Counted from the first letter of the stretch, positions 21,962 through 32,666 are shown. The stretch is 64,000 nt of DNA from an uncultured Gemmatimonadaceae bacterium (GCA_963829055.1 CAWHHI010000005.1:307970-371969); one strand, 5' to 3'. Numbers and translations: made by a program. Notes: a model not told the origin generated them from the sequence alone.

Positions 21962-22439
21962 TGCGGGCTGAGCTGCGTTACCGCGGAATCGAGCCAACTG
22001 GCCATGCCAACGAGCTCGTTAGGCGTTGAAGCTCCCGTTCGCCGCAGCCAGCGAAGACGCTCGACCGTTGCGCCGGCGTCGCCGCGGTCTTCGGAAGGAT
22101 AGCGCTCGAAGGCGCTGTCTCGCGTGGCGACCGGGAACTTCAGGTGTGCCCACCGCGCGCCGATCTGGAACGCGAGCGCCCGGGGGCCTAACGACGTGCC
22201 GTTCCCGTGGGCGCCGGGCAATCTCGGCTGCCGGTCGGGTCCGAAATTCGAGACCGTCCGCCGGGTGCGGGCCGTTGGCGACGGCGGCCGACAGATCGCC
22301 CACCACGGTGCGCCGGGCGCAAAGCCCCGGCAGCGCCAAGATGGCGAGGACCATCCTTGCTTGCATCGGGCAACGTTACGCCTCGCTCGCTCGGCGCGGA
22401 AGGGTCGTGCTGCTGCGCAGTCGTTTGACGGGACATCTC

Positions 22440-22665
22440 GAGCAGATCTCGCTCGACCTTATTGCGACGCGATGAGGTCCGACGGTGTGCCCGCCGACGC
22501 TGTCTCACTAGTGACCTATCTGTTCACCACCGTGCTCGATGGTCGCAACGCTGGCCTGGCAGACGGCGTCCAGCGCGCACTCGGCCGGGACCCGACTGAC
22601 TTCGCATCGTATGCGCGACGCGCCGCCGCCGCGGGCGCATGGAACGACTCAGCCTTGGCTACAAT
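22440..22665 (+). pseudogene. C-terminal remnant of an NmrA-family NAD(P)-binding protein
   Basis: LVTYLFTTVLDGRNAGLADGVQRALGRDPTDFASYARRAAAAGAW; no Rossmann N-terminus. Confidence 0.7.
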
Positions 22666-22777
22666 GCTTGGTGGGCGTCGTTGTCGATCGGGATCACTGA
22701 TTGCGCGCGACGATCGAACTACATCACTTTGAGTACCCGCGTCGTCATATTCGAGACGGCGCACAAAGGATGTGAGA

Positions 22778-23053
22778 ATGCCTCAGCTGCCGCGTCATCC
22801 CGAAGACACGCCGCCGGATCGCGCAAGTCGCACCGCGAAAGGGCCGCCGCCACATGCCCGTGACGGTTCGGACGTTGATGGTAGCCGGAAAAGCGGTCGC
22901 GAACCGCCACGATCTGACGCGGTGCTCGCAGACGAAACTGCGATTGACGAGGCGATCGAGATGACGTTTCCGGCAAGCGACCCGCCCGCGTGGACGTCGT
23001 CACGCATCGATCGCACGAGTGAAATCACGCCGGACGCAACGGACCAACCGTGA
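22778..23053 (+). CDS. Small hypothetical protein with FPASDPP motif
   Basis: IDEAIEMTFPASDPPAW, a motif recurrent in small uncharacterised bacterial proteins. Confidence 0.65.
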   Translation: MPQLPRHPEDTPPDRASRTAKGPPPHARDGSDVDGSRKSGREPPRSDAVLADETAIDEAIEMTFPASDPPAWTSSRIDRTSEITPDATDQP

Positions 23054-23060
23054 CACGGCG

Positions 23061-23096
23061 ACTCTGGGAACTCTGAGGACTCTGACGACTCTCCTC
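23061..23096. repeat. 9-bp period imperfect tandem repeat (ACTCT core) x4
   Basis: actctggga actctgagg actctgacg actctcctc between convergent genes. Confidence 0.7.
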
Positions 23097-23670
23097 AGCC
23101 GCCTCCTCGCGGTAGCGCCATGTACACGCGAGTGATGAACCCGTGGAACTCCGTCATGTAGGTCCGGAGGAACTCGGCCGTGGATTCGACGGTGACCTCT
23201 CCGTCGTCGGTGATGAGGCCGGGCGTGAACTGGATGTACGCCTCGATCGCGTTCATCTGCGGCGAGTTGCAGAAGCTGAGGATACTCTTGAGGTGTTGTT
23301 GGCCGACCGCCGTCCCGATCATCCCGGGCGACGTCCCGATCATCGCCGACGGCTTGCGCGCGAACGAGTTCTGGCCCCACGGGCGGCTGCCCCAGTCGAT
23401 CGCGTTCTTGAGCGCGCCCGGGATCGAGCGGTTGTACTCGGGCGTGACGAACAGGACGGCGTCGACCGCGGCGATCGCCTCCTTCAGCGCGCGCGCCGGC
23501 GGCGGATAGTCCGCGTCGTAGTCGTACGAGTACAGCGGCAGCTCGCCGATCGGGATCTCCCGCATCTCGAGCTCCGGCGGCGCGAGGCGCGTGAGCGCGC
23601 GCGCGAGCTTGCGATTGATCGAGGCCCGCGCGAGACTGCCAACGAAGTAGCCGACCGTGTAGGTGCTCAA
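23095..23670 (-). CDS. NAD(P)H-dependent FMN reductase (ChrR/SsuE-like)
   Basis: RBS GGGAGG and TTG start; VGSLARASINR, VTPEYNRSIPGALKNAIDW, SPGMIGTA. Confidence 0.9.
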   Translation of the reverse strand: MSTYTVGYFVGSLARASINRKLARALTRLAPPELEMREIPIGELPLYSYDYDADYPPPARALKEAIAAVDAVLFVTPEYNRSIPGALKNAIDWGSRPWGQNSFARKPSAMIGTSPGMIGTAVGQQHLKSILSFCNSPQMNAIEAYIQFTPGLITDDGEVTVESTAEFLRTYMTEFHGFITRVYMALPRGGG

Positions 23671-23757
23671 CCGTCCTCCCGCGCGTGGCGTGTGACCAGT
23701 CCGTTCTGACGCATCGAGCACGCAAGGGCCACACCGCTCCTGCGACGAGGCATCGCG

Positions 23758-24003
23758 TCAAGCGGCGTTGGCTCCGCTCCCACAGTCAATGCAGCAATGC
23801 ATGGAGCGCATCCCGTTCGCGTCCAGGTGCGGGTACCGCGCGCCCGGTGCGTCGAAGCCGATCGCGCCACTGGTCCGTTCGATCTCTGCCACCTCTTCCG
23901 GCGCGACGAACAGGAACGCCGCGTTAGGGTCGATGAAGCGGCGAATGAGCCACGCCGTCGCCGTTCGATTGACGCGTCTGCGCCTGCGCGTCACCCAGCG
24001 CAT
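23758..24003 (-). pseudogene. chrB: Chromate-resistance ChrB-type domain, apparently C-terminally truncated
   Basis: MRWVTRRRRRVNRTATAWLIRRFIDPNAAFLFV...FDAPGARYPH, after which the sequence degenerates. Confidence 0.75.
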
Positions 24004-24131
24004 CAGGCCACCCCTTTTACGAAAAGCCGATACACGTCGCGACCGACGGGTGACAGTCGGCACCTGACACGCTAATATCACAACTGAATCATCGTCGGTC
24101 CTGTCACTCGAGGTCGAGCGTGTCCCATCCC

Positions 24132-24542
24132 ATGAAAGTGCTGTTCGTCTGCCTGCACGGCGCCGCCAAGAGCGTCATCGCGGCGGAGCATTTCCGCCGC
24201 GCGGCGGCGGCCGCCGGTCTCAATGTCGAAGTGGCCTCAGCCGGGGTCGAGCCTGACGCCGAGATCCCGCCACCCGTCGTCCGTGGGCTCGCCGATGAGG
24301 GGTTCGATATCACCGGACTGGTCCCGCCAGCGCTCGACGACACCAGCCTCGCCAGTGCTGACCTGATCGTGTCGTTCGGCTGCGATCTCGTAGCCCCGCC
24401 GACGTCGCGGCCAGTAGTGCAATGGGACGACGTCCCGCTTGTCAGCGAGGGCTACGAGGCGGCTCGCGACACCATTGTTCAGCGGGTCGACGCACTTGTG
24501 GCCGCGGAGCTGTCGGACCGGGCACGAGCCTCGGGCGATTGA
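24132..24542 (+). CDS. LMW-PTP/ArsC-fold protein with variant P-loop
   Basis: VLFVCLHGAAKS (Cx5K), SAGVEP, ADLIVSFGC, WDDVP. Confidence 0.8.
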   Translation: MKVLFVCLHGAAKSVIAAEHFRRAAAAAGLNVEVASAGVEPDAEIPPPVVRGLADEGFDITGLVPPALDDTSLASADLIVSFGCDLVAPPTSRPVVQWDDVPLVSEGYEAARDTIVQRVDALVAAELSDRARASGD

Positions 24543-24610
24543 ATCGGACCCTGCCCCCGGCCAGATTGACGTATCAGTTGAATCAGCGCCAATGCGGCAA
24601 GGAGATCGTG

Positions 24611-25780
24611 ATGGCTTTCGTCCTGAAGGCCGTGCGCCGGACGGCGCTCGCGTTAGGCGACTGGGTGGCGATGAAAGCCGCGACCAGCGTCGTGATCTCG
24701 ACTCGCCTCGTCGCGCTGGCTGTATCTACCCTGCTCGCGTCGTCTGCACTCGGCGCACAGGCGCGAGGTGGCGCTTGCGCTGCGACCGCCACCTCAATGA
24801 CACCGACAGCCTGGGTGTCACCTAACGCGCGTGCGAGAACACCGTCGGCCGGATCGACGCCGCTCGCGCTGGTTGCCGATGTCCCGCTCCCCGGTCCGGC
24901 GAAACGCTTCGACTACCAGAGCTTCGACTCGACGACCGGGCGACTCTACATCTCGCACATGCGGGGCGACCGGCTCGTCGTGTTCGACACGCGCGCGCAG
25001 AAGCTCGTCGCGAGCAACGAGGGGTTCCCCGGCGCGACCGGCGTCTGGGCCGTCCCGGAGCTCCACCGCGTGTACGTGTCGGTGACCGGCCGTCACGAGG
25101 TCGCTGTCGTGGACGACCGCACGCTCGCCGTCGTGGCGCACGTCGGCGACGTGCGCTTCCCTGACGGTATCGCGTACGCGCCGGCCGAGCAGAAGGTCTT
25201 CGTCTCCGACGAATCCGGCGAGGCCGACGTCGTGATCGACGCACGCTCGAACACGAACGCCGGACGCATCGCGTTAGGTGGCGAAGCCGGCAACACGCAC
25301 TACGACGCCGTCTCCCACTGCATCGTCGTCGCCGTGCAGACGAAGAACGAGCTCGCCGCGATCGACCCGGCGAGCGAGCGGATCGTCGCTCGGTATCCCA
25401 TGGCGTGCGATCATCCGCACGGATTCCTCATCGACGAGCCGAACCGCCTGGCCTTCGTGACGTGTCAGGGCGACGCGAAGCTGCTCGTCGTCGACCTGCG
25501 CACCATGCGGACGACGGCCACGTTGCGGACGGCCGACGATCCCGACGTGCTCGCGCTCGATCCGGTCCTCGGCCGACTGTACGTCGGATGCGAGGGCGGA
25601 GCCGTGTCCGTGTTCGAGGAGCGCTTCAGCGGGCAGCAGGCATCCCTCGCCCCCCTTGGCGAATACCGCGCACCACACGCGCACAGCGTGTCGGTCGATC
25701 CCGCGACTCACCGCGTGTACGTGCCACTCCAGGATGTGAACGGAAAGCCGACGCTACGCATTCTGGAAGCTCGCCCGTAG
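24611..25780 (+). CDS. YncE-family secreted beta-propeller
   Basis: RBS AAGGAG; RFDY, RLYISH, FPDGIAY, PHG, DVLALDP, HSVSVDPATHRVY repeats. Confidence 0.85.
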   Translation: MAFVLKAVRRTALALGDWVAMKAATSVVISTRLVALAVSTLLASSALGAQARGGACAATATSMTPTAWVSPNARARTPSAGSTPLALVADVPLPGPAKRFDYQSFDSTTGRLYISHMRGDRLVVFDTRAQKLVASNEGFPGATGVWAVPELHRVYVSVTGRHEVAVVDDRTLAVVAHVGDVRFPDGIAYAPAEQKVFVSDESGEADVVIDARSNTNAGRIALGGEAGNTHYDAVSHCIVVAVQTKNELAAIDPASERIVARYPMACDHPHGFLIDEPNRLAFVTCQGDAKLLVVDLRTMRTTATLRTADDPDVLALDPVLGRLYVGCEGGAVSVFEERFSGQQASLAPLGEYRAPHAHSVSVDPATHRVYVPLQDVNGKPTLRILEARP

Positions 25781-25789
25781 CTTCAGCGC

Positions 25790-28019
25790 ATGAATGTCTT
25801 TCACGCGCGGCTGGTCGTCGTCGCGCTCTTCGTGACGGGTGCGTCCGCCGCACGCGCAAAGCGCCGGCGTCGTCGATCGGCCGGCGATTCGCATTGGCAC
25901 CTCGAGCCAGGGAATCAGGCTCGATGGCGAGCTGCGAGAGTCCGCGTGGCAGACCACCGATTCCATCGCGACGCTCACGCAAGTCGAGCCGCGACAGGGG
26001 AGCGCGCCGAGCGCGCGCACCGTCATCCGTGTGATCGATACGGGAGACGCGATCGTGTTCGGGGTTCGCGCCGAGAATCCGTCCGGCGTCGCGTCGGTGG
26101 CGTTCGCGCGGCAACGTGACGCGGTGCTCGACAGCGAGGACTACGTCAAGATCGTCCTCGACACGTATCTCGATGGACGCTCGGGTTACGTATTCGCCGT
26201 GAACCCGAATGGCGCGCGCTACGATGCGCTCGTGGCGAGTCAGGGCGAGGGCGAGGACAGCAACTGGGACGCGGTGTGGGAAGCCGCGACGTCTCGCTCG
26301 TCGAATGGCTGGTCGGCCGAGATCCGCATCCCGCTCAAGAGTCTGCTCTTCCGGCGGGGACTGGATCAGTGGGGGTTCAACGTCCAGCGCCGCATTCAAC
26401 GACTCCAGGAAACGGACCGGTGGTCGAGCGCGGAACATAACTACAAGGTGACGCACGTCGGGCGGGCGGGCCTCCTCACCGGGATCCAGGCGTTCGACCT
26501 CGGCGTGGGTCTGAGCGTGCGCCCCTCCGTCACCGCGAGCGCGGGGAAGCCGTCGCCTAACGTCGATACGGAGAGCGATGCGGACGCCAGCCTCGACGTG
26601 ACGCAGCGGCTCGGCTCGAATACGCTCGCGTCGCTCACGGTCAACACGGACTTCGCCGAGACGGAGGTCGACACACGGCGCACGAACCTGACGCGATTCC
26701 CGCTCGTGTTTCCCGAGAAGCGGACGTTCTTCCTCGAGGGGTCCGACACCTTCGCGTTCGGTCTCGGCACCAACGACGACGTGCGCCCGTTCTTCAGCCG
26801 GCGCATCGGCTTGCTGAACAACGAGGAAGTCCCGCTCAACGTAGGGCTCAAGGTGAACGGGCGTGAGCGGGCGACGAATTTCGGGGCGCTCCTCGTCCGC
26901 ACCGGCGATGCCGATGGCGGCAGCATCGACACGCTGCCGACCGCGAACACGATGGGCGCCGTGCGCGTGAAGCAGAACGTGCTGCATGAATCGTCGGCCG
27001 GGTTCATCGCGACAGTCGGCGACCCGTTAGGCCGCCCCAACGCATGGCTGGTCGGCCCCGACCTCACGTACCAGACGTCTCGCTTTCGTCGCGACAAGAA
27101 CTTCCTGGTCGGGCTCTGGGGGCTCGCCATGGATCGGGAGGGGCTCCAGGGGCGCAAGCAGGCGTGGGGCGGGAAGATCGACTACCCGAACGACCTCTGG
27201 GACATCGCCTTCACATACAAGTGGCTGGGAGACGGCTTCGACCCATCGTTAGGCTTCGTCCCGCGGCGCGGCGTGCAGATCGTGAACTTCAACGCGAACT
27301 TCCAGCCGCGTCCCAGGCACCCGATTCTCGGGCTTCACGTCCGGCAGATGTTCAACGAGTTCGAGAACACGCTCGTGACGGACCTGAGCGGCAAGTGGGA
27401 GAGCTACCGGGTCTTCATGGCGCCGGTGAACTGGCGGCTCGAGAGCGGCGACCGGTTCGAGTTCAACGTCGTGCCGGTGGGCGAGCGCCTGACGGCGCCG
27501 TTCGAGATCGCCGACGGCGTCGTGATCGATCCCGGCAGCTACCACTGGACGCGCTTCCGTCTCGAGGGCGGGCTGGCATCGAAGCGGAAACTGTCGGCGC
27601 AGCTGACGTGGTGGTTCGGCGACTTCTACACCGGGCGCCTCGACGAGCTGTCGCTCACCGCGAGCTGGAAGCCGTCACCGCTCTTCATCGTCGAGTTGAA
27701 CGGCACGCGCAACAACGGGCGGCTGGCCGAGGGCGACTTCGTTCAGGAAGTCGTGGGCACGCGGTTCCGCGTGAACATCTCGCCCGACCTCCAGGTCAAC
27801 AGCTACCTGCAGTACGACAACGGCAGCGACGACTTCGGGACGAACACGCGACTGCGGTGGACGTTCTCGCCGTTAGGCGAGCTGTTCGTGGTGTACAATC
27901 ACAACATGGCGCGCGAGCTGGTGGCAGGGGACGTTCCCAGCACGACCGCCGACCGCCGCCGCTGGGGGTTTGCGTCGAACGAGCTACTCGTGAAACTCCA
28001 GTACGCGTTCCGTTATTGA
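25790..28019 (+). CDS. CBM9-like + DUF5916 outer membrane protein (frameshift near 25845)
   Basis: LDGELRESAW, FAVNPNG, GWSAEIRIPLKSL, TVNTDFAETEVD, FPEKRTFFLEG, FFSRRIG; terminal KLQYAFRY. Confidence 0.88.
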
Positions 28020-28238
28020 GCGGGACGGCCCACGCACCGCGCCGAGCGGGGAGAGCCGGTACGATGCGTGCCAAGGACCAGGGGCGTCCCTATCCCACCG
28101 ACATCCAGGCCCCACCCGCCGCCCACATGCTCCAGACACTTCGCACGAGTTGGCGCGACCCCCGGCGCGCTCACCCAGGGCTGTTGTTAGGCCGCGCCGC
28201 AGCCGTCGCGGCCTGACGAGCGCGAGCGACGACGAGCC

Positions 28239-29573
28239 GTGAGGGGCGCGCTTTGGTTCGTCGTCGTCGGTACGCTGCTCGTGGGCATGGCGGCCGCGAG
28301 CACGGTGGTCCGCCGACTCCCGCTCACCACCGCGCTCCTCTACCTCGCCGCTGGTGTGGCGCTCGGCCCTGTGGGCGCGGGGTTCGTGCGGCTCGAGCCG
28401 GTGCGAGACTCGGCGCTGCTCGAACGGCTGGCCGAGGTGGCCGTGCTGATCTCCCTGTTCGGCGCCGGGCTCAAGCTCCGCACGGCCCTCAGCGACCGGC
28501 GCTGGCAACTCCCGGTCCGACTGGCCACCATCTCGATGGTGCTGACGGTCGCGCTCGTGGCGGCTGTCGGCGTCTACGGACTCGGGCTCCCGCTCGGCGC
28601 CGCCGTGCTGCTCGGCGCCATCCTCGCGCCCACCGACCCTGTTCTCGCCAGTGACGTTCAGGTCGAGCACCCGACCGACCGCGACCGGCTGCGCTTCGCC
28701 CTCACGGGCGAGGCCGCACTGAACGACGGCACCGCGTTCCCGTTCGTCATGCTCGGCCTCGGCCTGCTCGGCCACCACGAGCTCGGCGCGCTTGGCTGGC
28801 GATGGCTGACCATCGACGTGCTCTGGGCCGTGGCCTCCGGGCTTGGCGTCGGATGGGCGCTCGGATGGCTCGTGAGCCGCGTCGTGCTCTGGCTCCGCCG
28901 CGAGCGGAAGGAAGCGGTGGGGCTGGACGACCTGCTCGCCCTCGGGCTCATCGCGCTCGCCTACGGCGCCGCGCTGCTCGTGCAGGGCTACGGCTTCCTC
29001 GCGGTGTTCGCGGCGGGATTCGCGCTGCGCCGCGAGGAGCGCCGGACGACCAAGTCGCTGACCGGCGCGGACGTCCCGCCCGACGTGCGCGCCGCGGCGC
29101 AGTCCACGAGCGAGGATGAAGTCGCGACCGCACCCGAGACGGCGTCGGCGTACATGGCACAGGCCGCGCTCGGGTTCACCGAGCAGCTCGAGCGGCTCGC
29201 GGAGGTCGGCGTCGTCCTGCTCCTCGGCGGGATGCTGGCGCCTCGCACGCTCGCCGCGGACGCGTGGTGGTTCGTTCCCCTGCTCTTCCTGGTGATCCGC
29301 CCGCTTGCTGTGCTCGTCGGGGCGCCGATGCGCCGCGCGCCGGCGATCCAGCGCCGCCTAACGATGTGGTTCGGCATCCGCGGGATCGGCTCGGTCTACT
29401 ACCTGATGTACGCGCTGCAGCACGGCGTCGAACGCGCACTCGCCGACCGGCTCGTCGGCCTCGTGTTCACGACGATCGCCGCCTCGGTCGTCGTGCACGG
29501 CGTCTCTGTGACGCCACTCATGCGGCGCTACACGCGCGCCGCCGAGCGCGAGCGCGCGCCCACATCGTCGTAG
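28239..29573 (+). CDS. Cation:proton antiporter (CPA1/NhaP-type)
   Basis: LAPTDPVLA, GEAALNDG, WFGIRGIGS; multi-TM. Confidence 0.9.
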   Translation: MRGALWFVVVGTLLVGMAAASTVVRRLPLTTALLYLAAGVALGPVGAGFVRLEPVRDSALLERLAEVAVLISLFGAGLKLRTALSDRRWQLPVRLATISMVLTVALVAAVGVYGLGLPLGAAVLLGAILAPTDPVLASDVQVEHPTDRDRLRFALTGEAALNDGTAFPFVMLGLGLLGHHELGALGWRWLTIDVLWAVASGLGVGWALGWLVSRVVLWLRRERKEAVGLDDLLALGLIALAYGAALLVQGYGFLAVFAAGFALRREERRTTKSLTGADVPPDVRAAAQSTSEDEVATAPETASAYMAQAALGFTEQLERLAEVGVVLLLGGMLAPRTLAADAWWFVPLLFLVIRPLAVLVGAPMRRAPAIQRRLTMWFGIRGIGSVYYLMYALQHGVERALADRLVGLVFTTIAASVVVHGVSVTPLMRRYTRAAERERAPTSS

Positions 29574-29662
29574 TCCCGATGTGTCGCGTCGTTAGGCGTC
29601 GTCGGATGCTCCGCCTCTGATCCCTCCGCCGATGAGAACGGACGGCGCTCCCGTCGAGTACT

Positions 29663-30535
29663 CTATGGTCGTCGGCTCGCGTCAGGGGTCGTCCAGTGCG
29701 GCACACTCCCCCACGCACGCGCGTCGAAAAGCCGATCGTCGAGCGGGACGCCGGTGCGCACGTCGTAGTAGACTTCCAGGAACGCGCGTCGCCCGTCGCG
29801 GAAGAACTGCACCTCCTCCGCGATCCACCCGCCGCCCACCGGCCGGTAGCGGTTGAACTGGATCTCCGACGTCCCGGTCGCGTTAGGCCCCGCCGGCTGG
29901 ATGAGTCGCACGAACAGCAGACGCTCGCGATCGACCCAGAACTGCTTCGAGCGGAGATCACCCGCGGCCGCGCCGACCACGTACACCGGCGTGCCCATCC
30001 ACGTGTCCTCCCGCACGCGGGACAGGTCGAACCCGCTCTGTCGCAGTACCGCCAGTGTTCGGTCGGTCGGCTGCGCGTACACGTCGAAGCCGAGGACCAG
30101 GAGGTCGTTGAATCCCGGTGCCGCGCGGACGACCGAGCCACCGCGGACCGTGAACACGCTGTCGCGCGCGTAGACCGTGCCGTTGCGCGTCGCCATGGGC
30201 TCCATGTCGATGCGCAGCCGCCCAGGGAGCGAGAGCCCTTCGTGCCAGATCTCGGTCCTGGGCGCGCTGTCCGCCGGAAACGTGATCGCCGCCTGCGTGA
30301 ACGTGAGCGTTCGATACCACTGGTTCGCGTACCGGTCGTGCATGGCCCTGACCAGTTCCGCGCCATCAGTCACGGAAGACGTGCTGGCGGACGTGCCGCC
30401 GCCCTGGCGTGTGGAGGCACAGGCGGTGGCCGCGAGCATCAGAGCGGCCGAGACGAGCACCGCGCGCGAGGTCGCGGCGGGCAGGCGCGTACGGGAAGCG
30501 GAGAGTCCGCGCGTGGTGAGCGTGTGTGGAGGCAT
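29663..30535 (-). CDS. Hypothetical lipoprotein (LolA-like fold possible)
   Basis: Lipobox ATAC; MHDRYANQWYRTLTFTQ, PGRLRID, QFWVDRERLL. Confidence 0.7.
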   Translation of the reverse strand: MPPHTLTTRGLSASRTRLPAATSRAVLVSAALMLAATACASTRQGGGTSASTSSVTDGAELVRAMHDRYANQWYRTLTFTQAAITFPADSAPRTEIWHEGLSLPGRLRIDMEPMATRNGTVYARDSVFTVRGGSVVRAAPGFNDLLVLGFDVYAQPTDRTLAVLRQSGFDLSRVREDTWMGTPVYVVGAAAGDLRSKQFWVDRERLLFVRLIQPAGPNATGTSEIQFNRYRPVGGGWIAEEVQFFRDGRRAFLEVYYDVRTGVPLDDRLFDARAWGSVPHWTTPDASRRP

Positions 30536-30689
30536 GCGCCCGATGTCAGTGTCGTTGAGGTCGCAACATGCCGCGGTGACGCGACCGGCGGAAGGCGCGC
30601 GTGGTTGGTGCCTAGCAACACGGCGCGTCCTCATCTCGGGCTCGCTTGTCCGGTACGGCGGACGAATCTGGGCCCTGCTCGGACTCTGG

Positions 30690-30926
30690 ACACGGCAACG
30701 CGAGCACCGCACCCACGAGCGCACCCAGCACGCTGCCCCACGCCGTCTCTTCCTTCGTCGTTAGGTACACACTCCGGTCGACGCGCAGCTTCCCGTCACG
30801 CCCCCGGTAGACTGCGACCCCGTCCTTCAGGTCCAGCGTCAGCCCCGCGTTCAGCTGCTACAGCTGATCGAGGACTTCCGCTGCGCGATGGGTTCCCTGG
30901 AACCCGACTGCAATGAGCTCTGCCAT
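30690..30926 (-). pseudogene. Degenerate duplicate of the DUF1269 gene at 31606..32166
   Basis: Manual translation: MAELIAVGFQGTHRAAEVLDQL*QLNAGLTLDLKDGVAVYR(fs)DGKLRVDRSVYLTTKEETAWGSVLGALVGA. In-frame TAG, a frameshift and truncation. Confidence 0.85.
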
Positions 30927-30992
30927 GACACGTTCTCCTCTCGTATGTGATCGGGCCTGCGCCGCCCGGCGGTCGCCGGGCGGCGCTACGAC

Positions 30993-31579
30993 TCAGGTTG
31001 TCCCGTAGCGCTCGACCGCGGCATCGTACGCCTGGTCGAAGTACCGCTCCGATTCCTCGAGCGCCGCACGCGCCTTCGCGCTGTACCGCTCGTTCTTCGC
31101 CGCGGCCGCCCGCGCCCTTGCGAGCGCGATCTTCTCCTCCAGCGCCGCGAGGTCGTCGTGCGACTTCATGGCGACATCCGCGCGCTTCTGGTTGGTCTGT
31201 GCGTTCCAGACCTGGAGCCGCGCTTCCGCCTCATCGAGCCGCGCGTAGAACTGCCGCTCGCGCGCCGAGTCCCAGGCGGTGACGCGCTCGTTCACGCGCT
31301 GGATGTCGGCTTGCAGGTCCTTGATCTCCTTCTCCACCTCGCGTTTCGTCGCCGCGTAATCGGCGGCGGCCTGCTGCTTGAGGTTCGCGATGTTCTTCTT
31401 TACGCGCTCCTTCGCGGCGGCGAGGCCGGAGATCTCATCCATCTCGGCCTTTGCCTTCTTCGCTTCGGCCTTGGGCCTGGAGCACTGTCAGCCTCGCGTC
31501 AGCCTCTCGGACCTCGGCCTCGAACTTCGCGGCGACGAGGTCGTTCTCTCGTTGTATTTGTGGCGTTGTCATCTTTCAT
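30993..31579 (-). CDS. Coiled-coil hypothetical protein (frameshifted 5' part)
   Basis: ATG 31579 after GGAG; Ala/Glu/Lys-rich heptads in ORF 30993..31442. Confidence 0.6.
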
Positions 31580-31605
31580 CTCCAATCGTTGATGGACGGC
31601 GGCGC

Positions 31606-32166
31606 CTAACGCGCTGCGGTCGCAGGGGTCATCACCTGCTCGAACTTCGCGGCCGACTCCTTCGGCAGCGTCGTCCGCAGGACCTTGCCGCCGTATCCGC
31701 GGAACTTCTCGGCGGTCGCCACGGGGTTCGCCGCGCGCGCGAGCACGAACACTGCCGACTGCCCCGGCTGCACCATCCCGCCAACTTCCTTCACGAAGTC
31801 GTCGGAGATGCCGTAGGTCTTCTTCCACGTGTCGGCATCGTCGCCGCCGATCGCCGCGCCGGTCACGCCGCCGGTGAACAGTCCGGCGCCGAGTGTCGTC
31901 GCCGCCACGGCCGCGCTCGCGCCGAGGGTGAACGGAGCCAGGAGGGCAGCCCCAACGAGCCCGCCGAGCATGGCGCCCCATGCAGCGCCTTCCTTCGTCG
32001 TCGGCTGCGCACTCTGGTCGACGCGCAGCTTCCCGTCGTCAGTGCGATACACCGCGACAGCGTCCTTCAAGTCGATCTCGAAGGACAGGTCGATGTCCTC
32101 CAGCTGGTTCAGCACCTCCGCTGCGCGGTGCTTCCCCTCGAACCCCACTACCATGAGCTCTGCCAT
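31606..32166 (-). CDS. DUF1269 family membrane protein
   Basis: RBS GGAG; MAELMVVGF, Gly-zipper GAMLGGLVG, GISDDFVKEV, GKVLRTTL. Confidence 0.85.
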   Translation of the reverse strand: MAELMVVGFEGKHRAAEVLNQLEDIDLSFEIDLKDAVAVYRTDDGKLRVDQSAQPTTKEGAAWGAMLGGLVGAALLAPFTLGASAAVAATTLGAGLFTGGVTGAAIGGDDADTWKKTYGISDDFVKEVGGMVQPGQSAVFVLARAANPVATAEKFRGYGGKVLRTTLPKESAAKFEQVMTPATAAR

Positions 32167-32215
32167 TGTTCGGTTCTCCAGTATGTGTGTATTTGTGTGT
32201 CTTCGTGTGTCCATC

Positions 32216-32666
32216 TCACCGCTGGCGCGGCGTCGCGCCTAACGTGTCCGCGGGCGGCGGCAACGCCCGCAGGTGTTGCCGGATGTTCTGGAACTCCGGC
32301 GTATCGCTGGCCAGCGCTCCGTGCGGCGAGCGAGCGACCTTCGCGATCTGACGGTCGAGGGAGACGATCCTCGCCTGGTCCGTCGGATGTGTCGCGAAGA
32401 ACGCGTCGATCGGCGTGGGCTGATCTGTTCGCTGGTCCAGCATCCACTGCAGGAAAGCGGGCAGCCCCTCCGGATCGAAGCCGGCGCGGACGGTGTTGAT
32501 GACGGCTTCCGAGTCCGCCTCCGTCTCATCGCGCTGACTGTATCGGGCCGTCATTGCGTCGGCGCCGGTCTGCACGGCGATGGCCCCGCCGAGCGTGTGG
32601 CAGGCGCTCGTTAGGGTGCAGAGCAGCACCACGCCGACGTCGCGCTTCGCCGCCTTCTGCAGCTGC
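32216..32666 (-). pseudogene. C-terminal half of an M48 (BepA-like) metalloprotease
   Basis: YSQRDETEAD, AGFDPEG, FFATHP...R. HExxH and the N-terminus are absent. Confidence 0.8.

Noticed and set aside
22000..22440. Several overlapping short ORFs upstream of the CHAT gene
   Set aside because: No recognisable motifs or consistent frame; probably debris.
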